Shown here: positions 31,396-43,809 of the stretch, piece after piece | Layout of the letters: each line of letters opens with the position of its first letter | How positions within the stretch are numbered: position 1 is the first letter of the stretch | Source: Gammaproteobacteria bacterium | GTDB lineage: Bacteria; Pseudomonadota; Gammaproteobacteria; Eutrophobiales; Eutrophobiaceae | DNA length: 64,000 nt | Direction: 5' to 3' | NCBI GenBank assembly: GCA_965215365.1 | Contig: CBDCDS010000003.1 | Location: 1,760,001 to 1,824,000 of the forward strand | The notes under the pieces: model-generated | Database searches by the model: none | What the model saw: the letters and a program-made list of their open reading frames with translations, nothing else | Told to the model about the DNA's origin: nothing | Made by a program: the position numbers and the translations under genes

Positions 31396-31439
31396 GGCCG
31401 CCTCTGAAAATGCCACGGAGGGCATTTTCAGAGGCGGCC
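31396..31439. repeat. Perfect 19-bp hairpin with ACGGAG loop upstream of ftsK
   Basis: GGCCGCCTCTGAAAATGCC-ACGGAG-GGCATTTTCAGAGGCGGCC; sibling at 48509-48542. Confidence 0.75.
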
Positions 31440-31455
31440 ATGATTCGGACACAGC

Positions 31456-33774
31456 GTGAAACAGGCATCCAGAAAAAAACCAACCGACCCCCGCGCGCAG
31501 GGGCGCGTGACGCGCTACCTGAACGAAATCGGCTTTATTTTCATACTGGCCGCCGCCTTGTTCGTGGCGCTGGCGCTGTATTCCCACCATCCCGCCGATC
31601 CCGGTTGGTCGCAGGCAGTCAGTGACACTGAAATCCATAATAACGGTGGCATTGTCGGTGCTTACGTCGCTGACTTGCTGTTGTACCTGCTGGGTTATCC
31701 GGGCTACCTGTTCCCGTTGATAATCGTGTTTGATGGTTGGCGCATCTTTATCACGCGTCGTAATGAAGCGCCGGCACCGACGCTGTTGATGGCACTCAGG
31801 GCCGTTGGCTTTTTGCTGCTGTTTTGCGGCACTTGCACGCTGGCCTGGTCCTACCTGTATGGCGGCACCGGGTTACCGGCGCACCCGCCTGATCAGGGCA
31901 GCAGCGCCGGCGGAGTGTTAGGCATTGCCTTAGGTGTGCTGTTGTTTAACGTGTTTGGCAATGCCGGTAGCGTTTTGGTGATGCTCAGCCTGTTACTGGC
32001 AGGCATCAGCGTATATACCGGTTTGTCGTGGTTTCGGGTGCTGGACAGGACCGGTTACTATGCGTTAAGAATAGTTGAAAAAATAAATACATACAAAAAT
32101 AAATTAACTGAACACTTTAATTCAGTGGAGGCTAGGAAGGAACGCGTGGAGCTGGTGCGTAAACAGCAGAAAAAAGTTCGCGAGCGGCCGCCGCCACGTA
32201 TCGAACCGGTCATCAGCAAGGTGGCAACCGGCGCCCGCGTAGAGGAAGAAAAACAGGAACCGTTGTTCGATATGCCACCGGAAGCGGCGTTGCCGCCGTT
32301 GAACCTGCTGGATAAACCCGGGCCGTCTCAGGGGCGTTACTCCGATGCCACGCTGGAGGCCATGTCGCGCCAGGTGGAACTGAAACTGCAGGATTTCAAT
32401 ATCCAGGTGGATGTGGTCGCGGTCAATCCTGGGCCGGTCATCACCCGTTTTGAACTGCAACCGGCGCCGGGTGTCAAGGGCAGTCAAATCAGCAATCTTG
32501 CCAAGGATCTGGCGCGTTCGCTGTCGGTGGTCAGCGTGCGCGTGGTGGATGTAATACCGGGCAAATCTGTGATCGGCCTGGAAATTCCCAACGCCACCCG
32601 CGAACTGGTTACTCTGAATGAAATTCTGAGTTCCAGAGAGTACGAAGATCTCAACTCGGCCACGGCGCTGGCGTTGGGCAAGGACATCAGCGGCAATCCG
32701 GTGGTTATGGATCTCAGCCGTATGCCACACCTGCTGGTCGCCGGCACCACCGGCTCCGGCAAGTCGGTCGCCATCAACGCCATGATCCTGAGCCTGTTGT
32801 ACAAGTCGCCCTCGAAGAAAATCCGCTTGATCATGATCGACCCGAAGATGCTGGAATTGTCCGTGTATGAGGGTATCCCGCACTTGTTGACGCCAGTGGT
32901 CACGGATATGAAGGAGGCTGCCAATGCGCTGCGTTGGTGCGTGGCCGAAATGGAGCGCCGCTACCGGTTGATGGCGGCCCTGGGCGTGCGCAATATCAAC
33001 GGTTATAACAAGAAGCTAAGCGAGGCCGCCAGCCGCCGCCAGCCGTTGACGGATCCGTTCCATACGCCGGCCCATGATGATGACGTAGCCCCGGCGCTGG
33101 AAGAACTGCCCTACATCGTTATTCTGATCGATGAGCTGGCGGACATGATGATGACGGTCGGAAAAAAAGTGGAAGAACTGATTGCACGTCTGGCGCAGAA
33201 GGCCAGGGCCGCCGGCATCCACCTGATCCTGGCCACCCAGCGCCCGTCTGTCGATGTGATCACCGGCCTGATCAAGGCCAACATTCCCTGCCGGATTGCC
33301 TTCCAGGTGTCTTCCAAAGTGGATTCGCGCACCATCCTAGATCAAATGGGGGCTGAGAACCTGTTGGGACACGGCGATATGCTGTTTCTGCCACCCGGCA
33401 CCAGCGTGCCGATACGGGTGCACGGCGCGTTTGTCGATGACCACGAAGTGCACAAGGTCGTCAAACATATCAAAGACCTCAGCGGCCCGAATTACCAGGA
33501 CGGTATCACCCTGGACCCGGACGCAGGCGGTGCCGCGCCGCTGCCCGGCATCGAAACCGCCGCAGACGGCATCGACCCGCTCTATGACGAAGCAGTGCGC
33601 ATCGTTACGGAAACCCGCAAGACCTCCATTTCCTATATCCAACGACGACTCAAAATCGGTTACAACCGCGCCGCTCGCATCGTCGAGGAAATGGAAGCCA
33701 GCGGCTTGATCGGGCCGCTGGAAGCCAATGGCAACCGGGAAATACTGGCCGGCCCGCCACCGCCGGTGGATTGA
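31456..33774 (+). CDS. ftsK: DNA translocase FtsK
   Basis: N-terminal TM domain, [41 protein letters not shown], gamma domain [13 protein letters not shown]. Confidence 0.97.
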   Translation: MKQASRKKPTDPRAQGRVTRYLNEIGFIFILAAALFVALALYSHHPADPGWSQAVSDTEIHNNGGIVGAYVADLLLYLLGYPGYLFPLIIVFDGWRIFITRRNEAPAPTLLMALRAVGFLLLFCGTCTLAWSYLYGGTGLPAHPPDQGSSAGGVLGIALGVLLFNVFGNAGSVLVMLSLLLAGISVYTGLSWFRVLDRTGYYALRIVEKINTYKNKLTEHFNSVEARKERVELVRKQQKKVRERPPPRIEPVISKVATGARVEEEKQEPLFDMPPEAALPPLNLLDKPGPSQGRYSDATLEAMSRQVELKLQDFNIQVDVVAVNPGPVITRFELQPAPGVKGSQISNLAKDLARSLSVVSVRVVDVIPGKSVIGLEIPNATRELVTLNEILSSREYEDLNSATALALGKDISGNPVVMDLSRMPHLLVAGTTGSGKSVAINAMILSLLYKSPSKKIRLIMIDPKMLELSVYEGIPHLLTPVVTDMKEAANALRWCVAEMERRYRLMAALGVRNINGYNKKLSEAASRRQPLTDPFHTPAHDDDVAPALEELPYIVILIDELADMMMTVGKKVEELIARLAQKARAAGIHLILATQRPSVDVITGLIKANIPCRIAFQVSSKVDSRTILDQMGAENLLGHGDMLFLPPGTSVPIRVHGAFVDDHEVHKVVKHIKDLSGPNYQDGITLDPDAGGAAPLPGIETAADGIDPLYDEAVRIVTETRKTSISYIQRRLKIGYNRAARIVEEMEASGLIGPLEANGNREILAGPPPPVD

Positions 33775-33775
33775 T

Positions 33776-33941
33776 TTTATCCACAGATGACGCAGATTAA
33801 CGCAGATTGTTTTTTGAGTTTTATCCACAGATGACGCAGATTAACGCAGATGTTGGTTTGCAATGCGGCTCCCGTTCGTCAAGAAAAACTTGAAAGCTCT
33901 TCTTAAAACATCTGCGCCAATCTGCGCTATCTGCGGATTAA
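33776..33941. repeat. Second CGCAGAT-type element, with a duplicated left arm; overlaps the 5' end of lolA
   Basis: TTTATCCACAGATGACGCAGATTAACGCAGAT at 33776 and 33820; inverted arm at 33910-33941; the AGAAAAAC.TGAAA..T.TTCTT.AAAC block is shared with 19219-19246. Confidence 0.8.
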
Positions 33942-34534
33942 TCCTGTCCCTGACCGTTACTGCGCCGGCGGGGGGCACTGCGCTTGAGGTCTTCCTCGAC
34001 GGCCTGGACAGTTTTTCGGCGGACTTTGAGCAGGTGTTGCTGGGGCCGTCGGGAGAGGCGCTGGAGGCGAGCAAGGGCGCGTTGCAGGTGCGCCGCCCCG
34101 ACATGTTTTACTGGGGGTATGATGAACCCTATACGCAGAAGATCATCAGCGACGGTGCCAGCCTGTGGGTGTATGAGGCGGACCTGGAGCAGGTCACTAT
34201 CAGCGCCGTGAGCGCGGACCTGGAAGCTACGCCGACGCTGCTGTTCAGTAACGCTGAGGCGCTGAACGAGCATTATCTGGTGACAGAACCGGAAAATGAC
34301 GGCAGTGACGCGCTGGTGCAGTTGACGCCAAAAAATCGGGAGTCACACTACCGTTCACTGCGCCTGCTCTTCTCCGCCAGGCAACTGGCCGGCATGGTAT
34401 TGCTGGACAGCCTGGGACAGACCCTGGTGCTCACCTTTACCAATACCGTACGCAACCCGAACCTGCCGCCAGACTATTTCACCTTCATCCCTGCAGCTGA
34501 TATGGAAGTCATTGATGCCAGACCGGCGGAATAG
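33863..34534 (+). CDS. lolA: Outer-membrane lipoprotein carrier protein
   Basis: SFSADFEQ, G.LQVRRP..F.W.Y.EP..Q.IISDG..LWVY..DLEQVT, DSLGQ, F.F.P; ftsK-lolA-rarA synteny. Confidence 0.92.
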   Translation: MRLPFVKKNLKALLKTSAPICAICGLILSLTVTAPAGGTALEVFLDGLDSFSADFEQVLLGPSGEALEASKGALQVRRPDMFYWGYDEPYTQKIISDGASLWVYEADLEQVTISAVSADLEATPTLLFSNAEALNEHYLVTEPENDGSDALVQLTPKNRESHYRSLRLLFSARQLAGMVLLDSLGQTLVLTFTNTVRNPNLPPDYFTFIPAADMEVIDARPAE

Positions 34535-34537
34535 CGC

Positions 34538-37121
<2,584 letters not shown>

Positions 37122-37145
37122 AGAGCACCTTTCCTGCAATAGATG

Positions 37146-37174
37146 TTGCACGGCAGCAAAATGGTGTGTATAAT
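37146..37174 (+). promoter_or_regulatory. Sigma70 promoter for the TonB-dependent receptor
   Basis: TTGCAC-N17-TATAAT. Confidence 0.7.
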
Positions 37175-37275
37175 GGACTTCGGACAGCAGCTCGGGGACG
37201 ATTGCCGGGCTGTTACACTCTCGAAGGTGCCCCGGCTTGCTCTAGGGTATCCTGCAACCCAATGGTAATAACATC

Positions 37276-39567
37276 ATGAACAAGTTCTACTTTATCTCCA
37301 CTCTGTTGGGTGTTGCCACTGTCCTTGCAGCTCCTGCGGTCACAGCTCAGGCACAGAGTCCCTTGTTGGAAGAGGTGATTGTGACGGCCGAGAAACGCTC
37401 TGAAAGCCTGCAAGACTTGTCTCAGGCGGTCACTGCGCTGTCGGGCGAGGATATAGACAATCGTAATCTCACCACTTTCGTGGATCTGAGCAGCATCGCC
37501 CCTGGTGTGACTGTTGCCAAGAACGAAGGCTTCAAGACCGTCATCGCTATTCGCGGCGTGGGTAATGAAGCCAACCAGAACGCCATTGCGAACCCTTCCG
37601 TTTCCTACCACCTCGACGGCATCTACGTGGCTTCGCCGTATGCTCTGCGCACGGATTTCCTGGATCTCGAACGCATCGAAGTGCTGCGCGGGCCGCAAGG
37701 CACTTTGTTCGGCCAGAACTCCACCGGCGGCGCTATCAACGTCATCACGAAGGCGCCGGATACGGAGGAATTTTCCGGCAAGGCCGACCTCACCGTGGGC
37801 AACTATAACCTGATACGGGTGCGCGGTGCAGTTAATATCCCCATCAGTGATACCCTGGCTCTGCGCGCTTCGGCTGCGTCCCACAACCATGACGGCTTCA
37901 GCCGTAATATCACCCTGGACCAGGGTCTGGACCAGGCCGACAGTTTTTCCGGGCGCGCCCGCCTGCTGTGGACACCGATGGAAAACCTGCGTTTTAATCT
38001 CACCGCCCAGTATTACGATGAAAACACCAACGGCGCCGCGCAAAAAGGCCTCCTTGACACCACCCCCAACCCGCGCCGGCTGCGGCAGGACTGGGACAAC
38101 AGCTACCAGCTGGAGAGCCAGCTCTACAGTCTGGTGGCGGAATGGGATTTGCCGCTGCTCACGGTCAAGTCATTGACCAGCTACCAGGACGATGACGTAG
38201 CCGTGGTACGCGATAACGATCGCCATGACTTCGGTGACTTAATCAGTCGGGGCACCTTTGTGCTGCCATCGATCTTCGACCCGGAGACCAACCGTCAGCA
38301 AACCTTTACCCAGGAACTCAACCTGATTTCCACCGAACCCCTGTTCGGCAAGCTGGACTGGACGACCGGTGTGTTCTACCTGGATACCGAAGTGGATATT
38401 CTCATCCGCGAATACCTGGACTTCAACACTGACGGCGTTTATGGGCCGGGCACGGTGACTGTGGAAGAAGTGCTCGCCTTTGGCGGCGAGGTCGGCTTCA
38501 TCTCCGATTCCAAGCCGGAACGGGAATCGATCTCCGTTTATGGCCAGGGCACTTGGAACTTCACCGACTCCCTGCGCCTGATCGCCGGCCTGCGCTATAC
38601 CGACGACGAGGTTTATTCCGAGGTGACCAACTTCTTCGGGCGCGGCGGCACCGCCGTACTGGAAACCAGCAGTGACAAGCTCACCGGACGCGGCGTGGTG
38701 GAAATGGATCTGAACGACACCACCATGGTGTATGCCTCTTACACGCGCGGTTTCAAGCCGGGTGGCAGCAACCTGACCTACGGTCGTGAAGATGTCATCG
38801 CCCCCATAGTCGTGCTGCCCACCTACGCCGATGAAACAATCGATGCCTGGGAGCTCGGTATCAAGACCGACTTTGCCGACAACCGGGTGCGCGTGAATGC
38901 CGCAGCCTTTTACTATGACTATAAAAATCTGCAATATCAGGCGACCGATCCCGAGCTGTTCGAGGGCGGAGTCGGCAACCTGCCGGAGTCGGAGATCTAT
39001 GGTGCCGAGCTGGAACTGTTGGCGTTAGTGACCGAAAACCTGACTCTGGACGCGCGCCTGGCCTGGCTGGAAACGGAGATCACTGCTTCACACCTGGCGC
39101 TGGATAACGTGCGTTCCGACGGTGCCACTAATGCATTGCTGGCGCAGGGTGTCAACCAGTTTTCAGATGAAGTGCAGCGCGCCCGCGCCGCCGCCGTGAC
39201 CGACGTGAAGGGTAATGAACTGGCCAAGACTCCCAATTTTACCGCCGACGTGATGCTGCGCTACCAAGGTCGCCTGGGCGATTGGGGCGGTTTCTCTGTC
39301 AGCGCGCAATACATCCACCGGGACGGTTTTCAGCACCGTATCTTCAACAACCCCAGAACCGATGACGTGCCCGGCTATAACGTCGTCAACCTGATGCTGA
39401 CCATTACCCCGGACGGGTACCCCTGGTACATCGAACTGATGGGCATGAACCTTGCTGACGAGGATGGCGTCAACGCCCGCTTCACCGACGTGTTTGGGGT
39501 CGGTGCCACCGGCGACGAGCTGATCGCCCCCCGGCAGTACATGGCGCGCTTCGGGGTTGAGTTTTAG
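37276..39567 (+). CDS. TonB-dependent outer-membrane receptor
   Basis: Signal peptide, LEEVIVTAEKRSE, ERIEVLRGPQGTLFGQN, GFKPGG, C-terminal GVEF. Confidence 0.93.
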   Translation: MNKFYFISTLLGVATVLAAPAVTAQAQSPLLEEVIVTAEKRSESLQDLSQAVTALSGEDIDNRNLTTFVDLSSIAPGVTVAKNEGFKTVIAIRGVGNEANQNAIANPSVSYHLDGIYVASPYALRTDFLDLERIEVLRGPQGTLFGQNSTGGAINVITKAPDTEEFSGKADLTVGNYNLIRVRGAVNIPISDTLALRASAASHNHDGFSRNITLDQGLDQADSFSGRARLLWTPMENLRFNLTAQYYDENTNGAAQKGLLDTTPNPRRLRQDWDNSYQLESQLYSLVAEWDLPLLTVKSLTSYQDDDVAVVRDNDRHDFGDLISRGTFVLPSIFDPETNRQQTFTQELNLISTEPLFGKLDWTTGVFYLDTEVDILIREYLDFNTDGVYGPGTVTVEEVLAFGGEVGFISDSKPERESISVYGQGTWNFTDSLRLIAGLRYTDDEVYSEVTNFFGRGGTAVLETSSDKLTGRGVVEMDLNDTTMVYASYTRGFKPGGSNLTYGREDVIAPIVVLPTYADETIDAWELGIKTDFADNRVRVNAAAFYYDYKNLQYQATDPELFEGGVGNLPESEIYGAELELLALVTENLTLDARLAWLETEITASHLALDNVRSDGATNALLAQGVNQFSDEVQRARAAAVTDVKGNELAKTPNFTADVMLRYQGRLGDWGGFSVSAQYIHRDGFQHRIFNNPRTDDVPGYNVVNLMLTITPDGYPWYIELMGMNLADEDGVNARFTDVFGVGATGDELIAPRQYMARFGVEF

Positions 39568-39576
39568 AGGCGCTCC

Positions 39577-40893
39577 CTACAGCTCGATAAACAAAAAACG
39601 GGCCAGGAAGAGCAGCGCCAACAACCATACCCCGGCGCTGATATCCGCGCGCTGCCCGCGTGCCAGTTTCACGCTCACATAAGTGATGAAACCCACGGCG
39701 ATGCCGTCGGCGATGGAAAAGGTCAACGGGATTGCCACGATGGTGAGCAGTGCCGGCAGCAGCTCGGTGGCATCGTCCCAGTCCAGCGCTTGCATGCCGC
39801 TCAGCATCAGCAACGCGACATAGATCAGGGCGCCGGAGGTGGCAAACTCCGGCACCATGCGCGCCAGCGGTGCCAGGAATATCGCCAGCAGGAACAGCAG
39901 GCCCACCGTCACCGCACTCAGTCCGGTGCGCCCGCCGCCGGCAATGCCGGCCACGCTTTCCACGTAGCTAGTGACCGGCGTGCAACCCAGGCCGGCGCCG
40001 ACCACGCTGGCACAACTGTCGGCCTTGAGCGCGCGTCCTAGGTTCCGCACCCGGCCTTGGGTGTCCACCATGCCGGCCCGATGAGCAACGCCCATCAAGG
40101 TGCCGGTAGTGTCGAACAGGTTGACGAACAGGAACGCCCCGATCACGCTGATCATACCCACATCCAGGGCACCGACAATATCCAGTTGTAACAGGGTTGG
40201 TGCCAGCTTCGGCGGCGCTGATACCAGTCCCTGGTAGCTGGTCAGCCCTGCGAGCAGGCCGATGCCGGTCAGCGCCAGGATGCCGAGCAGGATGGCGCCG
40301 GGTACGCCACGCACGGCCAGACCGGCGATAAGCAGAAAACCCAGTGCCGCCAGCATGGGTTCGGCTTGGGTCAGGTCACCCAGGGTCAGGATAGTGGCGG
40401 GACTGGCAACTACGATGCCGCCGTTCTGCAGGCCGATAAAGCCGATGAACAGGCCCACGCCGCAGCCCATGGCCAGACGCAGGCTCATGGGGATGCTGTT
40501 CAGCATCCAGGCGCGCAGGCGGGTGACACTGATAATGACGAACAGCACACCGGACAGGAACACCGCGCCCAGGCCCACCTGCCAGCTGTAACCCAGGCTG
40601 CCGACCACCGTGTAGGTGAAGAACGCGTTCATGCCCATGCCCGGCGCCAGCCCCACCGGCCAGTTTGCATAGAGTCCCATGATCAGACAGGCCAGCGCTG
40701 AGGCCAGACAGGTGGCGGCAAAACTGGCACCGTAGTCCATACCCGCAGCCGCCATCAACTGCGGGTTGACGAAGATAATGTAGGCCATGGTCACAAACGT
40801 GGTGCATCCGGCCAGCAGCTCTACACGCACAGTCGTGTCGTGTGCGGCAAGCCGGAAACGGCGTTCCATGAAGCCGGAGATTATGTTCGTCAT
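39577..40893 (-). CDS. NCS2-family nucleobase permease (AzgA-like, adenine/guanine type)
   Basis: AGCTTFVTMAYIIFVNP, APGMGMNAFF, LFDTTGTL, TSYVES, GGRTGL, PLTFSIADG. Confidence 0.92.
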   Translation of the reverse strand: MTNIISGFMERRFRLAAHDTTVRVELLAGCTTFVTMAYIIFVNPQLMAAAGMDYGASFAATCLASALACLIMGLYANWPVGLAPGMGMNAFFTYTVVGSLGYSWQVGLGAVFLSGVLFVIISVTRLRAWMLNSIPMSLRLAMGCGVGLFIGFIGLQNGGIVVASPATILTLGDLTQAEPMLAALGFLLIAGLAVRGVPGAILLGILALTGIGLLAGLTSYQGLVSAPPKLAPTLLQLDIVGALDVGMISVIGAFLFVNLFDTTGTLMGVAHRAGMVDTQGRVRNLGRALKADSCASVVGAGLGCTPVTSYVESVAGIAGGGRTGLSAVTVGLLFLLAIFLAPLARMVPEFATSGALIYVALLMLSGMQALDWDDATELLPALLTIVAIPLTFSIADGIAVGFITYVSVKLARGQRADISAGVWLLALLFLARFLFIEL

Positions 40894-40949
40894 GAGCCCA
40901 GCGCTCTTTGCAACAGCGGCAAACTACGGTGAGCGCGCTGTTCCGGTTG

Positions 40950-42314
40950 CTAGGAACTGAATTCCCGCACCAGCGCGCTGATGGATTCCTTGGCGTCGCC
41001 GAACAGCATGCGGGTGTTGTCGCCGAAGAACAGCGGGTTATCGACACCGGCGAAGCCAGAAGCCATGGAGCGTTTCAGCACGAACACGGTGCGGGCGTAG
41101 TCCACATTGATGATGGGCATACCGTAGATGGGACTGTCTTTCATTTCCCGGGCGGCCGGGTTGACCACATCGTTGGCGCCGATGACAATGGCCACATCCA
41201 TCATCTCCATGCGCGGGTTGATGTCCTCCATCTCGATGAGCAGGTCGTAGGGGACATCCGCTTCCGCCAGCAGCACGTTCATGTGTCCCGGCATCCGCCC
41301 CGCCACCGGGTGGATGGCGTAACTCACCTCGGCGCCGTTCTTCTCCAGTAACTCCTGCAACTCCTTCACCACGTGCTGAGCCTGGGCCACGGCCATGCCG
41401 TAACCGGGCACCACCACCACGCTGCTGGCGGCCTCCAGGATGTAATAAGCGTCGTCAGGCGTAATCGGTTTGACCTCGCCTTCCACCTTGGTCAGCGCGG
41501 TTTTGGCAGCGCCGAAGCCGCTGAACAGCACATTGGCCAAAGAGCGATTCATGGCCTTGCACATGATGTTGGTGAGGATGATGCCGGTGGCGCCCACCAG
41601 GGAACCGGCCACAATCAGGATGTTGTTGTTGATGGCAAATCCCGCCGCGCACGCGGCCAGGCCGGAATAACTGTTCAGCAGGGAGATCACCACCGGCATG
41701 TCGGCGCCGCCGATGGGGATGACCGCCATGATGCCGAACAGGAACGACAGGCCGATGAGCGCGTACAGCAGGGTGGTATTGGCCGGGTCCATGCAGAACA
41801 TCACGCCCACAACCACAATCGCAGCCAGCAACAGGCTGTTGCCGGCGCGTTGCCCGGTAAACAGGTAGGGGCGCCCGGAAATGATCTCACTCAGCTTGCC
41901 GTAGGCGATGAAGCTGCCGGTAAAGGTCAGCCCGCCGATGAGGATGGACAGGAAAACGGTGACTGCGGTGAAGGTGGAGATGGCATCCGTATGCAACGCG
42001 GCCCAGCCCACGAACAGGCTGGCAATACCGCCGAAGCCATTGAAGATCGCCACCATTTCCGGCATCGCGGTCATCGCCACTAGGCGCGCCGCCAGCGCGC
42101 CGATAACGCCACCGACGACCAGCCCCAGGATGATCCATTGAAACTCGACGATGGATTGATCGAGCAGGGTGACGATTACGGCAAGCAGCATACCCAACGC
42201 CGATACCAGGTTACCGTTGCGGGCGGTGGCCGGCGAGCTCAGCATCTTCAAGCCGAAGATGAACAGTACCGCCGCGGCCACATACGACAAGTTAATCCAC
42301 AGCGCGCTGCTCAT
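40950..42314 (-). CDS. pntB: NAD(P) transhydrogenase subunit beta
   Basis: MTAMPEMVA, IGGADMPVVISLLNSYSG, PGYGMAVAQAQH, HPVAGRMPGHMNVLLAEA. Confidence 0.97.
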   Translation of the reverse strand: MSSALWINLSYVAAAVLFIFGLKMLSSPATARNGNLVSALGMLLAVIVTLLDQSIVEFQWIILGLVVGGVIGALAARLVAMTAMPEMVAIFNGFGGIASLFVGWAALHTDAISTFTAVTVFLSILIGGLTFTGSFIAYGKLSEIISGRPYLFTGQRAGNSLLLAAIVVVGVMFCMDPANTTLLYALIGLSFLFGIMAVIPIGGADMPVVISLLNSYSGLAACAAGFAINNNILIVAGSLVGATGIILTNIMCKAMNRSLANVLFSGFGAAKTALTKVEGEVKPITPDDAYYILEAASSVVVVPGYGMAVAQAQHVVKELQELLEKNGAEVSYAIHPVAGRMPGHMNVLLAEADVPYDLLIEMEDINPRMEMMDVAIVIGANDVVNPAAREMKDSPIYGMPIINVDYARTVFVLKRSMASGFAGVDNPLFFGDNTRMLFGDAKESISALVREFSS

Positions 42315-42601
42315 TGTCTTTCACCCTCCTTCTTTCTGAACATGGATAACATGCGGTGGGTCACCATATAACCGCCCACCACATTGATGGTGGCAAAGGT
42401 CACGCCCAGGGTGCCGAGCACGGTTGCCAGCTCCGCGCTACCGGCACCGGCAGAGCCGAGTGCCCCCACCAGGGTAATGCCGGAGATGGCATTGGCACCG
42501 GACATCAGTGGCGTATGCAGGGTGGCGGGTACTTTACTGATCAGCTCAAAGCCCAGGAATATGGACAAAACCAGGATGAAGGTGAGATAGACGGCTTCCA
42601 T
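42311..42601 (-). CDS. pntAB: NAD(P) transhydrogenase subunit alpha, part 2 (membrane part)
   Basis: KVPATLHTPLMSGANAISG, INVVGGYMVTHRML. Confidence 0.95.
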   Translation of the reverse strand: MEAVYLTFILVLSIFLGFELISKVPATLHTPLMSGANAISGITLVGALGSAGAGSAELATVLGTLGVTFATINVVGGYMVTHRMLSMFRKKEGERQ

Positions 42602-42611
42602 TGATGGTTCC

Positions 42612-43745
42612 TCAGCGTTGCAGGTTCTTGATGGTGTCGTTGACGATGGCGCCGCCGTGGGTGATCAGGCAGCCGCGGATAATGTCGTTGTCCGGGTCCA
42701 GCACCAGTGACTTATGGTCTTTGTCCCAGTATTCGTTCACCATGTTGAACAGGTTGGATGAATACATCCGGCTGGCGTCCCGGCACACGAAGTTGGGCCA
42801 GTTGCCGTGACCGATGATAGCGACCCCGTTGATGTTGACCTCCTGACCGGCCACCGAGCCTTCCACATTGCCGCCGGTTTCCGCGGCCATATCCACGATA
42901 ACACTACCCGGCTGCATGGCTTCCACCATGTCCCGGGTGACCAGCAGCGGCGCCTTGCGCCCGAATACCTGCGCGGTGGTAATGACAATATCGGATTCGG
43001 CAATAGCTGCTTTCTGCCCCAGCCGTTGTTGCTCAATTTGTTCCGGGGTCAGTTGCTGCGCGTAGCCGTCCTGGGTCTGTCCCGTTTCACCCAGGTCGAT
43101 CTCCAGGAACTTGGCGCCTACGGAGCGCACCTGCTCGGCCACCACCGGGCGAGTGTCGAACGCGGTGACCTTGGCGCCCAGGCGCTTGGCCGTGGCAATG
43201 GCTTGCAGGCCGGCCACACCGGCGCCGATGACGAACACCCGGGCCGGTTTAATGGTGCCGGCGGGTGTCATCATCATGGGCAGCAGGCGGTCCAGCCGGT
43301 TGGCGGCCATCATCACTGCCACATAACCGGCCAGATTAGCCTGCGAGCTGAGCGCGTCCATCTTCTGCGACAAGGTAGTGCGCGGAATCATTTCCATACT
43401 GATGGCACTGACCCCCTGTTGCGCCAGGGCTGTCACCAGCTCGCCTTCATTAAACGGGTCCAGGTAGCTGATATGGATGCAACCCTGCTTTATCTGTGCT
43501 ATCTCATCGGCATCCGGCTTGCGGATACGCAGGATGATGTCGGACTGCGCTAGCAGGGTGCTGCGGTCGGAACTGACCCCGGCGCCGGCGTCGGTATAGT
43601 CGGCATCGGTAAAGCCGGCGCCTTGCCCCAGCGCTGCTTCAACCGTGAGCCCCGCGCCCAGTTTGACCAGTTTCTTTACCGCATCGGGCACCAGCGCAAC
43701 CCGATTTTCTCCCGGATATGTCTCCTTCAGTACAGCAATTTGCAT
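42612..43745 (-). CDS. pntAA: NAD(P) transhydrogenase subunit alpha, part 1
   Basis: ENRVALVP, MDALSSQANLAGY, GAGVAGLQAIATA, GSVIVDMAAETGGN. Confidence 0.96.
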   Translation of the reverse strand: MQIAVLKETYPGENRVALVPDAVKKLVKLGAGLTVEAALGQGAGFTDADYTDAGAGVSSDRSTLLAQSDIILRIRKPDADEIAQIKQGCIHISYLDPFNEGELVTALAQQGVSAISMEMIPRTTLSQKMDALSSQANLAGYVAVMMAANRLDRLLPMMMTPAGTIKPARVFVIGAGVAGLQAIATAKRLGAKVTAFDTRPVVAEQVRSVGAKFLEIDLGETGQTQDGYAQQLTPEQIEQQRLGQKAAIAESDIVITTAQVFGRKAPLLVTRDMVEAMQPGSVIVDMAAETGGNVEGSVAGQEVNINGVAIIGHGNWPNFVCRDASRMYSSNLFNMVNEYWDKDHKSLVLDPDNDIIRGCLITHGGAIVNDTIKNLQR

Positions 43746-43809
43746 AGTTAAGCCCCTCTGGCAGGTTTGTCGCTCATGCTATCACAGAGCAGGACGGTAA
43801 GCTACCCGT

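Noticed and set aside
33776-33860. Replication origin suggested by DnaA boxes
   Set aside because: Only two boxes, both part of a dispersed repeat, with no DUE or GATC cluster and no dnaA/gidA context.
37186-37214. Guanidine-II (mini-ykkC) riboswitch, suggested by ACGA in a loop
   Set aside because: That class needs two hairpins with ACGR tetraloops; only one ACGA, in a larger loop, is present.
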